DNA of 64,000 nt, taken from positions 1-64,000 of the forward strand of contig JBNGIO010006150.1 of the NCBI GenBank assembly GCA_049999805.1, given 5' to 3'. The stretch comes from Folioceros fuciformis (lineage: Eukaryota). Every line of letters begins with the position of its first letter. Within the stretch, counting starts at the first letter, position 1. Below, in pieces: positions 12,136 through 23,807 of this stretch. The translations under genes and the position numbers were made by a program. A model generated the notes under the pieces. The model saw nothing but the letters and a program-made list of their open reading frames with translations, had not been told where the DNA came from and ran no database searches.

Positions 12136-13650
12136 TCAGACGGGCGTCCGCAAGCCAACTTCAATGGGACAGGACAACGGGGTAGCCAGGTGCGTGCGAA
12201 CGGCACAATGCTGAGGTCCGCTTTGCAATCGCAGCCAGGTTTTCTTAAACACATGACACACGGCCAGCTTCAAACTCCGCAAAGTGACAATGTAGATGGA
12301 AGTCTGGTAACCCACACAAGCCCATCCTTCATCGTTACAGTCCCGCAGAAATTCCGACCCTTCTTCCAGAAGCAGGTCATGATGGTGAACCTCGTAACCA
12401 TGCCCTTGGGCAGCAGCTTCATCCGTGTCGATCCCCGCAGGCGGCTTGAAGCTCGAAACCACAAAACCCTTGGAATCCAAGGTTACAGCCATGACATGAT
12501 CTCCGACAACCACCAACTTCCACGTGCAGCCCTGATCGTCGGGATGCACGCTCCCGATTCTAGCCCAGGTCTGCCTCTCCACATGGTACGCAATCAAATT
12601 CATGTTGACAACAGCCTCTTCATGTGCCAGAATGTACACCACTCCCCGGAACAAGACACTCCCAGCCACCACGTCGCCTCCCACAGGGAAGGGTCTGTAG
12701 GGCGAAAGGGTCCAAGAATTCGTCCTGGAATTGTAGCAGGACAACCTGCTCCCCGGACCTCGAGCCCAGGCCAGGGCATGCTGGTGCTGCTGAGCTCGGG
12801 CGTGCGCGGGCGCGTGCTGCCGCTGCGGCGCCATGGGACGTTCCGGATGTGGATCGAGATCATTCTGAGCATCGTGAAGCAGAGGAGGGCGCCTCCTCCC
12901 CGCGGGAGGCCACACTATCACGGGCATCCACCAGCCGGCAACCAGCGCCCTGGGCCCCACTATCACCCGCCGGCAATGCGCCACCAGGGAGTACGCCTCC
13001 CCGTCCCGCTCCACCTGCAGATGCAGCTCCACGGTGTGCTGCCGGTGCCTGTCCGACTTACAGCAGATCATGGGAGGCAAGAGCTTGTACGACTTGGTGG
13101 CCGGGTTGCAGACGTAGTACTGCCCGCCCTTCTGGACGCAGACAAGTCCCTTGTCGGAGCAGACCAGTTGCGTGGCCGAGGAAGAGGGGTGCGGGTCGTC
13201 TGAGGGAGGCAGGAAGGTGATAGGCGGGAGCTCCCGCCACTTCTTGTTGGCGATGTCGAACCCGAAGCAGCTCTGCTTGTGTGCATCGGAGAAGAAGACG
13301 GGGAAGTAGATGTCTCCCTCCAAAGGAGAGGGCATGGTGCGGGATGCATTCCGCGCCTCGTAGCTCGTCACCACGCTTTGCCACCATCTGCAAACGGCTC
13401 CTGCCCTGATGACATCCTGCACCGGCAGCAGGGTAAAGATCTTGTCCAGCACGTCCGCCGGCAGGCACCACCTCCCTTCCCCACCCTCACAATCTCCCCC
13501 TGCCACCCCCTTGCCATGTCGCCTCCTCCCCGAGCCTGAGGACGTGCAAGCAACGAAGCCAGGGCCGCTGCTGCTGCCACAGCTGCTGGTAGGGATGCTA
13601 CTGCCGCTGCCGCTGGCGTCGCTGGTGCTGCTGGCCCCCAAGTACTCCAT
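12136..13650 (-). CDS. F-box protein with kelch-like/F-box-associated C-terminus, apparently single exon
   Basis: F-box LPADVLDKIFTLLPVQDVIRAGAVCRWW; GLVC..YVCNPATK..LPP; YNSRTNSW. Likely start MEYLG at 13650. Confidence 0.88.
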   Translation of the reverse strand: MEYLGASSTSDASGSGSSIPTSSCGSSSGPGFVACTSSGSGRRRHGKGVAGGDCEGGEGRWCLPADVLDKIFTLLPVQDVIRAGAVCRWWQSVVTSYEARNASRTMPSPLEGDIYFPVFFSDAHKQSCFGFDIANKKWRELPPITFLPPSDDPHPSSSATQLVCSDKGLVCVQKGGQYYVCNPATKSYKLLPPMICCKSDRHRQHTVELHLQVERDGEAYSLVAHCRRVIVGPRALVAGWWMPVIVWPPAGRRRPPLLHDAQNDLDPHPERPMAPQRQHAPAHARAQQHQHALAWARGPGSRLSCYNSRTNSWTLSPYRPFPVGGDVVAGSVLFRGVVYILAHEEAVVNMNLIAYHVERQTWARIGSVHPDDQGCTWKLVVVGDHVMAVTLDSKGFVVSSFKPPAGIDTDEAAAQGHGYEVHHHDLLLEEGSEFLRDCNDEGWACVGYQTSIYIVTLRSLKLAVCHVFKKTWLRLQSGPQHCAVRTHLATPLSCPIEVGLRTPV

Positions 13651-14465
13651 GGCTCTCACAACCCCAGCTCCACTCCCTCTCCTACACCACCAAAGGCCAG
13701 GGCACCAGACCGAGCCCAATCTCCCGGAAGAGGGGCAGCATGAGGAGCTCAATTTGGAAACTTGGAAGATGGGAGGGCGTGATCTGGTCGGCAAGAAAAC
13801 CGTCGCCCGGCCCGGCTGCCAAAAGAAATTGAGGGGTTCAAAACCTGAAACACGACGGTTTTGGTCAAGATGCAATCACCTCCTGCCAGCCTCAGCATGA
13901 ACGAGGGACAAGGCCACGGCCACAGCACAGCAACACATCCATCGCAGACCACGCATACGGGAAGGGAGGGAGTGTTACCAACAACCAGCCAAACAGATCT
14001 TGTACGGAAAATCGCACCCAAGACTAGACTCCTTGCTACAGCCTTCCTAACCTCATCCAGCACCGGAATATCACATTCCGGGCATTCGGGTCACAGGAAA
14101 CCGAGAAGCGCAGAGGAGAGGAGGGGAGAAGACACGAGAGTGACACCACTTGCCTCTCGAGTACACAAAAAATACCCACAGATACGCATTCGCCTAATTA
14201 GGGTTCCGGATCCAAGTGTATGTACCTATCACTGGTGCATGCAGCAGGAAAGGTCCAAAGGGAGAGGAAAGATGAGTGAAGACGGAAAAAGTTAAGGGGG
14301 ACCACCACACTGGGGTAAAAAGTGACGCGGACCAACATCATCTCAATCCATTATTTTAAGTTTCACAATTTAATGAAACTGCCCCGTCCAAAAGGCCCGA
14401 TGGTGACCACGGCCATGAGACCACCTTAGCGGCCCCTTTGCGATAAGGAGAAGTATTTTACAATT

Positions 14466-16030
14466 TCAGACCCGGCATTTGCAGGGCCTCATAATGACCA
14501 AACCCGTGGTAAAGAACTCTCACTGGGTCGTCTTTGCCATACTCCTGCCCGTACTCAGCAATTGATATTAGACCTTGAAGTTTCCTGTCGAACATATAAA
14601 CGGTAATAGGCATCCTGCAAAAACAGACAAGTCAAAGGAAGGTGAGCGAATGCGGACTGAGTGCCGGGAACCACGGCATGAGGGTGAGAAATCAACAAAT
14701 ACAATACGTACTTGAGAACATGGGAGAGCATCAGCAGCTCCGGCTCTCCTCCCCAAGAGTGCGGCTGCCTCATCTTCCTGGTGTAACTATCAAAATTACC
14801 TTCGATGAACCTGCCACAAGTGAACAGGAAAAGTTGGAGCTTCATCCATATTTCTCTCGGAGAACTACGATTTCGACAGTATAGAAGAAGACAACAGGCA
14901 AAGTAAGGTTGGAAGCTCTCACCACTCTGTCTCGTCCCGACGTCTTACTAATTCATCCACAGCCTGTAAAACCAACAAGCAAAACATCAAATCAGCGTTC
15001 CAGCTGAGATGAGACACTGAAGGAAGTCACCACTAGCCCAGATACAAGCGAGCCACCATTTACCTTGCTGCGCAATTCGTCAGCTAGTTCCCTCTGCAGA
15101 CTTTCGCTTGGAGCTGGCTTCCCACTTCGGAGACAAGCTCCATGAGCCACCGCACGAAACAGACACCGACCGTCCCCTGGGACACCTGCTTCCATGACAG
15201 GTCCCCAGCATGAGCTACTTTGCCCCAAACACGCAAGACGTTTGGCACGCCCACGACAAGCACTCACCAGTCACTGTGTAATCGGTGTGCACTTGTTTCT
15301 GTTCCGGGATATCGGCCTTCACCTCGAAAACCTTGCTCACCTCATTATCATGCTCAAACGTCAGCGCCAAGGGAGCGTCCGCAAGAGCAGGATTAGGAGG
15401 GGAAATGAGAGGTACAGGGGCGCCGCCGGCTACCGAGAAGCAGGCACAAACCCCAAACATAAGCCACACCGAGTGCCTTCCTTGCAGCCAACGTGTAGAC
15501 CTCGAGTTCCAAGAGCTGCTCCACCACCCGTACAAGGAGCGGGCATATACCCTGGCACTTTCACTCCTAAGTCCATCACTAGCCAACATCCCTGACTTCG
15601 GCGCTACCACACTATCAGCTGCAACCGACTCCCCCTGTAAACCCTTCCCCCTCCTCCCTGCCCCTGACAACCTCCTCACAGACACGATATTCTCCCTCAC
15701 ACAACTGGACAGCTGCCGAGAAGGCAACAATGCATGCCGAATGGCCAAGCCAAACGCCCCAGCTCCTGTGAGGAGCCGAGAGCTGGAGTGACTCTGGAAC
15801 TGCGCCAACGGAGCGCACGACAGTTGCAAAATCCCTTGCTCTAGCGGCCCCGATGAGCGAGTTCTCCGGATCTTCCTGAGCCGGCCCGCCAGCGGAGACT
15901 GTCCAGAGCTGACTCTGGTAGAACAAGAATGCGGGCCATAATGGCTGGACTTCGCCAGCGCCACTGCTGCCAGACACGAGCAACTCTTGCCCTTGTTAGC
16001 AGAGAGCCCGGCACGCACAGATTCAAGCAT
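14466..16030 (-). CDS. OTU-domain deubiquitinase (plant OTU3/OTU4-like), multi-exon
   Basis: GVPGDGRCLFRA (catalytic Cys), WGGEPELLM, LYHGFGHYEAL (catalytic His). Start codon uncertain. Confidence 0.88.
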
Positions 16031-17073
16031 GTAACCAGCACTGTGATATTCTTCCCGCTCACAAAATCCAGCTTGCGTCCCAACTCCAAACAAGAGAGAC
16101 ACCACACCGCCTGTCAGCACCTCATACCATCCACCCCTTGATCATGTACCACTCGATAAATCTGAACAACAAAAGACCAAACCAGAGCATCGTCGTCAGC
16201 TAAATTCCACTTCACACACGCACATGTAAATCTTCTCCAACACAGCTCCAAGAAGTCCAAGAATGTGCGTCAGACGAGGATCCATCCCTTCCACAACGTC
16301 TCACACACAAAACGACATTCACACTTCAGAACGGCAGCTGCAAGGCAACCCTACCCGCCATAGATGTCCTCCACTCCCGCCCGAGCTCACAACAGCACGC
16401 TCCCCAGCTCAGCAAAACCCTGGCCCCGGAGCAGCAGCACCTGAGTGAGTAGACACCTCTGGCCAAAAAAATTCCTAGCCGCTCTCCCGACCCTCCGTCT
16501 CTTGAGAGTGTCCGCACCAGAATTGCGCGTGCACTCGGGTGGAGCGGTTTCCAAAACAGTGAGCTTCCCGAGACGCCGTCTGGCCTGGAGGCGTGTTAAA
16601 TGGCACCACAGTCTTGCGCTCCTCCTCCTCCTACCGCTGCGTCGATGGAGTGGTGTCGGCGGAAGAGGGGTTGTTACGAAAGGGTGTTTTATTTCCGTGG
16701 GCACGCATGCTGCCTCGCGTTCTCCAGCACCTTCCGGCACAGGAGCATCGCTTTCAGCGAAATATAAAAAAAAAAATATCACGGGTTGCGGCATGTCCAG
16801 ATCTCACGTTGCGCCCAAGGGGTTTCGCCACGTATGTAACCGCTGCACGTGGTTAGGCACTTGACCGCTGGTTGCAACCAGTCGCGGTTCGACTGCAGTG
16901 ATGTTAAACGGTCATCAAACGCGCATTCAAATCTAACTTTTCTTCCTCTCCTGGGAAGGTCTTGTGGAGCTGCTTCGGTTGTTGCTTCTCGGATTCTTCC
17001 TCGGGGCCGAGTAGCGTTGCGTTCTGATTTCAGGTCTTCACGACCCAATCGTTGGATTTTGCGTTGGAGCGAA

Positions 17074-18855
17074 ATGGGAGTTGTGGGCGGAACTGGTGAT
17101 AGGGGATGCTGGAGGCAGGCGTTGGGACTGGCGTGTTTGCTGGTGTGGATCAGTGGTGGGCACGGGAAGCCCTGTTACCCTGCGGTCTATGTGTTTGGAG
17201 ATGCTTCTGCCGATGTGGGGAGCATGGAAGCTGCGTTTCCTCGGTCGACCGCTGCTGAGAGATCGCCATACGGGCATACATACTTCAAGAAGCCTGCCAA
17301 TCGGTTCTCGGATGGGAGGTTGTTTGTGGATTTGTTAGGTTGGTATTCCGTGGTGCCCATCTCTTCTGCGATGTGTGTGTGTGTGTGTGTGGATGTGGGG
17401 ATGGATGTGTCTGACTCGTGGAATGTGGGGCATCCAGTGCAAGCGGTGGGACATCCGCTGCTGAGCCCGTATTTGCAGGCAGCTGGATCCAACTTCAGCC
17501 ACGGTGCCAGCTTCGCGGCCTCGGGATCAGGTGTGCGGGATGCCGCTCCCCACAGCCCGTTTAGTCTCACGGTGCAGCTGCAGCAGTTTAAAGCTTTCAA
17601 GCAGCGCATTCGAGAAGTGCGGAAGATGCATTCGTATGGTCGGTGACAAGCCTGAGCTCTCGGAAGTCTTGGGCAGTACGCTACCATAATGACGTTATGC
17701 AGGATCGTCAGAGGTCACCTTGCCCATCTTGTGATGGAGTTTGTGCACGTCTGTGCAGAGAAAGCCCACTTGCTGCCCAAGCTCAAGAGCTTGAGACGTT
17801 CTTTGTTCTACATCTCCTTCCTGGGGGACGACTACACCAACGGCTACTTAAGTGGCGTGGAGGTCGGCAAGGTGCTGGAGTACGTGCCTGAGGTGGTGAG
17901 AGGAATCGTGAACGGCATTCGGGTATTGGATCCAGCAAAGACGCTGGATTCCTGCTGCTTTTGAGTTGGTTGCTTACGTGTGATGGTGTATGTGATTCCT
18001 GTCCACCTCACATGCACAGACGGTTTGCAGGCTCTGTACCATGACGGGGCGAGACACTTCATCGTGTCAAACATGCCTCCGCAGGGATGCTTGCCTTCCT
18101 ACTTGACCCTTTTCCGCTACACTGCTCACGACCTCAACTCTGCCGGCTGCATTGTGAACTACAACAAAGTGAACGAGCTGCACAACGATCTGTTGAAGAA
18201 GGCAGCTTCGTCGCTGAGAAAGCAGCTGAAGAACGCCACACTCATCTACATGGATGCCTACGCCATGATGACCAATGTGCTCAATGACCCTTCACTGTAT
18301 GGTAAGCTGCCCGCAGTTGACATTACCACCTCCCAATCCCCTCTTCCCTGCACTCACACGCCATTGAAGCACCCAGCACGTTCAGAAAACGGCCCACCCT
18401 CTTCTTCCTCAAAACCTAACCTATGATGAATGCGACCACGAGGGTCTCAGCAAGCCTGGACACTCCCACGGATCCAAAGGCACGAAAAGGAAGGTGACGC
18501 ATAAGATACTACCTAACAAGTACGCTCTACCTGATCTGTTCTGGACTGATCCTATGCATCCATCTCTCTGACCTGAGCAGGATTCACGCATACAACGACA
18601 GCATGCTGTGGTTCCAGCGGCGGACCTTACAACTACAATCCTGCAGTTGGATGCGGGTCCTCCAGCAAATATCTGGAAGACGAAACCTCCCTCACAGCTG
18701 ATTCGTGTCCAGATCCTCAACACTATGTCCAGTGGGATGGATTCCACCAGACCGAGGCATACAACCTATATGCCATCAAAGCAGCACTATCCGGAGACTA
18801 CTTTCAACCTCGGCACCTGCTGCAGCACAAGTGCAAGCTGCATCTCAGGCCGTAA
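17074..18855 (+). CDS. GDSL esterase/lipase family protein (5 exons, signal peptide), catalytic Ser absent
   Basis: PAVYVFGDASADVG, RFSDGRL, GASFAASG, GARHFIV, ACCG..YNYN, WDGFHQTE. Confidence 0.9.
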
Positions 18856-19027
18856 GATGTTACACTGATGCATCTTGAGACAGCATTCTACAAACAGCAC
18901 GTGAAGAGGAGCAGAAGGCAATGCATCATGCAATACAAAGCACCCAGTAGTTAGGAAGTAAACAAGGAACAAAGTCACAACTGTCCGTCCGTCCATCCGA
19001 GTAAGACTCCGAGTTCACGGATGCAAG

Positions 19028-19900
19028 TCATGTCAATTCATCTTCTGCATCTTCCTGAGCCTTCAACTGGTTCTTTGCACGAAGCAACAAAGTGGTTTTC
19101 CACTGATCCAACCTACTGACGCTATCAAACTCCCTGACCACGTCAGTGAACTTCTCCACATCACCGTCGTCAACTGCTGCAGCCAAATCCATGAGAAGCT
19201 TGCACTCCCTGGTGTTGGGAAACGTGGGATCAACGTCTTGGTACTTGTCCAAAGCGTTGTGGATGGCCACCACATCCTTACCGCACAGATGACAGAGGCC
19301 AGCACTGAGCAGATAATTTTTCACACTGTACTTGAGCAGGTTGCTGTCCAAGGACTCCCTGGCCACGGCCTCAAAGATCTCGATTGCTTTGGGGTACACC
19401 TCGAGCTGGGCTGCCATCTGAGCCACCTTCAACCTGCACTGCATACCTGTGCTGTTCACCTCCTCCCCTTGATACAATTCTGCTGCCTTCTCGTACGCCA
19501 ACATGGCTCCCTCCATGTTCTCATCCTTCTCCATTATCTCTCCCATGTCCTTGTAGTGCTTGGCAGCCATGGACAACCTTCCGATTTCCATGAAGATGTT
19601 GCAGGCCTTGTCAAGAAGGGCACAAGCTTCTTTCAGGTTGGTTTTCTTGTAGCAGTTGGCAGCATCCACGTAGCATGAAGCTGCTTCATGCTTGCTCTCC
19701 ATCTTGAACTGGCAATCCGCAAGCTTGATGTAGGCCCCTGCTGCCTTGTCCCAGCATTTTCCCAGCTTGTACGAGTTGGCCGCTTTTTCCAGCAACTCAG
19801 CTGCCTCATCCCACTTGCTCCCAAACAATCCCCACCCTTTGGCCTTTTTCTCTGCCTTAGATTCATACTCCTCACCTTTTGCCTCAAAGTCTCCCATCAC
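19028..19900 (-). CDS. alpha-SNAP: Alpha-soluble NSF attachment protein, intron-free CDS (290 aa)
   Basis: [52 protein letters not shown]-terminal EDELT. Confidence 0.96.
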   Translation of the reverse strand: MMGDFEAKGEEYESKAEKKAKGWGLFGSKWDEAAELLEKAANSYKLGKCWDKAAGAYIKLADCQFKMESKHEAASCYVDAANCYKKTNLKEACALLDKACNIFMEIGRLSMAAKHYKDMGEIMEKDENMEGAMLAYEKAAELYQGEEVNSTGMQCRLKVAQMAAQLEVYPKAIEIFEAVARESLDSNLLKYSVKNYLLSAGLCHLCGKDVVAIHNALDKYQDVDPTFPNTRECKLLMDLAAAVDDGDVEKFTDVVREFDSVSRLDQWKTTLLLRAKNQLKAQEDAEDELT

Positions 19901-22448
19901 TTCTCACATTTGCCCACCCATCTTCTTGCTGTTTGCCTTTGCCTCCCTCACTCTCTTTTGTCAACCAAACCCTTGGCGTCCCCCAGCCTTTCCAACGAGC
20001 AATTACCAAGCCTGATCCTCACTTCAATTTTCTTCTCCTCTTCCTCCGTAGTCCCCACATGATTTCAACTTCTCTTCAACACATGAGTTCTACGACTTGC
20101 TTTTGTGTTGGACGTGGATTCCAAGCTCCCATTCTTCCAACCTTTTCTTCCAAAAGTATGGCAATTGTATAACTGATTGTAGATTGCTATCTAGGTCATC
20201 TCAGATTCTTTTTTCTTATTATTTATATACTTTGATAAAATATTTAAAAGAATTTTTCTCAAATTATTTTTTAATCCAATTACAATGCTCAATATTTAAA
20301 AACACTATTATTAGATTTATTCCTTCATAAGCCCCTTCTCTACTTCTCAAGATATTTCTCTATTTATGTGAGTAATTTATTCTAAAATAAAATAAGTTTA
20401 TTTTTTATTTAATACATATAATATAATATATTTAATATATTAGAGTAAAAAATTATACATTTTCCACATGAAAGTATATGATACTTGGTTCTTGAAAATA
20501 AAGCATAATTTTTTTTATTTATTCTACTCAATCAATATATATTACTCTACTCAATTTAACTATATTTGTATGAACTTATAAATTTTAAATAACTTTATAT
20601 CTTTAATAATAATAATAATTTAGAAAATATATTACCATAAATTATACAAGGTTCATAATAATTAGTTCTTTGCACATAGTTAGTAGTTTCTAATTAATTT
20701 AAAGCATTCTAAAAATGTTGTCATGTTTGAAGGTCTTCTTTCATATGCCATGCTATTTTCATCCACTCTTTAGAATAGATGGAACTTTTTTTCTAATAAT
20801 AGAAAATAATCTCTTTCATCTTAATGACTAACCATGTTATTATAGAACTTTCTAATTTTATTTAATTTATATAAATTAATGATCTTATCTTCTTCTCTTA
20901 TATATTATGTTAGTTGACTCATGTACTTCCTTGTGGTTTCTCATAAAGCTACATCACCTTCGGTCTATTCTAAAGCCTCACTCTATTTGCTCATTCTTAT
21001 CCAATTCATGGCTTAGAACATTTTCTAGCCCTTGGGGTCTTAGAATATTTTCTAGCTCATGGAGATTGCTTAAGTTGTGGAAGATAAGGAGCAAGAACTT
21101 GCATCCACAAATCAGGAGAGAGCTACCGGCTAGGGAATATTGAAATTAGAACAAGATCGTGTAGAGCACTTTGCAAATCTTTGGGACTTCTTAGTTTAAG
21201 GCAATATTATGGACTTGAAGAGAAGCACAACCATGGCGTCTAACAAGTTTGCAAAACTAGTTGAACAAGGTGAGTTTTACAAAATTATTGTGGGCAATGT
21301 TGTGTGCTTGTTTGTGATGGTTAAAAGTTTGAAAGATTTTCAAAGGTAGCTAGATGCAACCAGCACGTTCATGAAACAAAATATGTGCATGTATGTACTT
21401 GAACAAGAACCTGCCAAGCCTTGCAAGGATCGCAAGATTTGGTGTAGGCAATGAATGGTGTCTACCGAAAGCCAAAAGGTTTAAACAAAAGGAATCTGTA
21501 CCAGGATTTCCCCACAACAAATCCAACTCTTAGGATCCCGTCAGGTGAAGCCTGGTTCGGGGGAAAAGGTCTGGACATGGGACTGCTTCCTCCTTTCCAG
21601 ACCACGCAAACAAGGAGCCATGTGGCACAAATATCTGAGTGTTCGATCAGACATGTCCGTGTCTTTGCGTCTTGTTGTGGGAGCCTGTCATCGCTGTACA
21701 CGTTAGGTGTCCGTCCTTCAGCTGTCAAACTTTGCATTCCATCCACCAGACCTACCAGGAGTCCATGTCGCTGCAACGTACTGCACAGCGCTGCACAAAT
21801 AGCGACCCGGGGAAGGAAAGGAGGAGGAAGACTCGGTTTGGTGTTGAGTAAACATTTCCTAAAATGGCATGTGCCAATCTGGGCGTCAGCCATAAATAGG
21901 GAATCGGGGATTCCATGCTTTGGGGGATCCACGCTGAATCTCTATTTCAGCGTAACGCGCTTTCCAAAGTGGGGAATATGTATGTATGTATATATGTATG
22001 TACCTACGACGTCCTTGCAGTTTCAATTCCCAGTGGCGAGAGGACGAACTCGGAGTGTGAATGCGTGTCGGGATCCCCAGTCCGGTTGACCTGCGAGCGG
22101 GTTAAAAATTGAAGGGTGGTGCTGGAAGACGGTTGTGCTGGCCGTGATAGCAGCAGGCTGCTTGGAATTGTTGTGCGCAGAACCGGTCTGGAGGTTGGGA
22201 TTCTGGAGTTGTTTGTGGGTTGGTGTGGATAAGTGTTGCAGTTGTGGGTTTCGGAGGATTCTGGAGGTGGTGGTGGGTACAGTAGAATCGGAACGGATTC
22301 GTGGGTACGGTGCGGATGGTGTGTGGAATCTGGCTTGCCTGAATCTGTGGGATGCGGATGTGGGGGCTGTGAATTGGGGGGGCCGGTGTGAGTTGGGTGG
22401 TTGAATTGGGTCCAGTTTGTGGGATTTAGAAGGTTGGCTGAGCTTGTG

Positions 22449-23807
22449 ATGGAATGGGGAACAGGTCTTCCTGCATGCAAGACTGCGTACAACAGAATGG
22501 ACTGGGGAGAACGTGGTAGGAGTTGCAGCATAGCTGAGCAGCACGAACATGTTCCCCCGCACGGCAGAATGGGCAGGCAGGAGGATGGGCTCCCGCACCT
22601 CAAGAGTAAGGGGAGGCAGCAGAGGGACGTGTTGGTGGTGGGGAATTACTGCCATGACGTGATCCAGCTCCCGCGGGACGTGGAAGCGGAGGTGCTGGGA
22701 GGCTCCGTGTCGTACATCGGGAACGTGCTGGACGCGGTTGGAGTGGACGCCTTGGTGGTGGCCAAAGTCGGCCCAGACTTCTCCTATTCGGAGAGTTGTG
22801 CGCCCAAGGCGCACCCGCCCACAGTGGTGCTACACCGCTGCACAACGCAGTTCTTCGCAGACCTGAGCAAGCAAGGAGAAGAGCGCGTTCTTCGGGCCGG
22901 CAATGTATGCGAGCCCATCTTCCCTTGGGACATTCCGGGGGACTGTCAATTCCGGATTGGGCTGGCGGTGGGCGTGGCGGGCGAGATCCGGGCCGACACC
23001 CTGGAGCGAATGGCGGCTGCCTCGGCTTGTCTGGTAGTGGATGTGCAGGCTTTGATCCGCACAATCGAGCCCGGGAGCGGAGTGGTGGGACTTTGCCCTC
23101 TCCGGGACACGCCCTTCTACCCGCTTTTGCACAGGGTGGCATACCTGAAGGCATCCAGCTCCGAGGCCGCATTCATCGATTTGGAGGAGGTCAGGCAGCG
23201 CACATGCGTGATCGTAACGCAGGGGCGGGACGGGAGCCGCGTGTATGGAGACGGGTTTGAGTTCCTGGTGCCGCCCTTCGCTGCGGAGGAGGTGGATCCG
23301 ACTGGGGCCGGGGATTCCTTCCTGGCGGGATTCTGCACCGGGTTGTATAACGGGCTTGCGGTTGACAAGGCTGTGTTGATGGGAAACTATTTCGGGGCTC
23401 TGGCCGTGGGCCAGGTCGGGGTGCCCACCTTCTCGGCGCTGCAGCTTCAGGCAAGTGGGGCTATGGCTTTCTTGTTGCTGCTGGGTTTGCGTTGGGTGGA
23501 GGTTGATTGGTTGGAGGGTTTCTGTGTGGTTGCTCAGATGCTGGATTTGTGCTTGATGATGTGCAGGGGTGGGGTTGCAACGGTCTGAGGCAGGGGATGT
23601 CCATGATCCTTGAGTCCAATCCCCTGTTGGGTATTAACGCTGGCTGCAATCGTGGGCTGGGAGCAGGGAGTGTGTGCTCGCCGTAGCCCTCCTCGGCAGG
23701 AGAATGGATGTCGAGAGCATGCTGGTGCAGCAGGGACGATGATGAAGATGGAGGAGCAGGTCCTCGGGTTAGGGCAACGGCCGGACGTGCCTGCTTTCAC
23801 CGAATGA
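22449..23807 (+). CDS. MIK: PfkB-family carbohydrate kinase, myo-inositol kinase-like
   Basis: VLVVGNYCHDVI, LGGSVSY, VGVAGEI, DVQALIR, DPTGAGDSF. Start and short last exon uncertain; similarity ends near 23450. Confidence 0.85.

Noticed and set aside
18423..18534. Possible intronic C/D snoRNA (ATGATGA...CTGA) in the GDSL intron
   Set aside because: No convincing terminal stem or recognisable rRNA guide; the boxes can arise by chance. A snoscan or Rfam search would settle it.
20170..21400. Very AT-rich block upstream of alpha-SNAP
   Set aside because: No termini or coding motifs identified; probably an old TE remnant or intergenic DNA.
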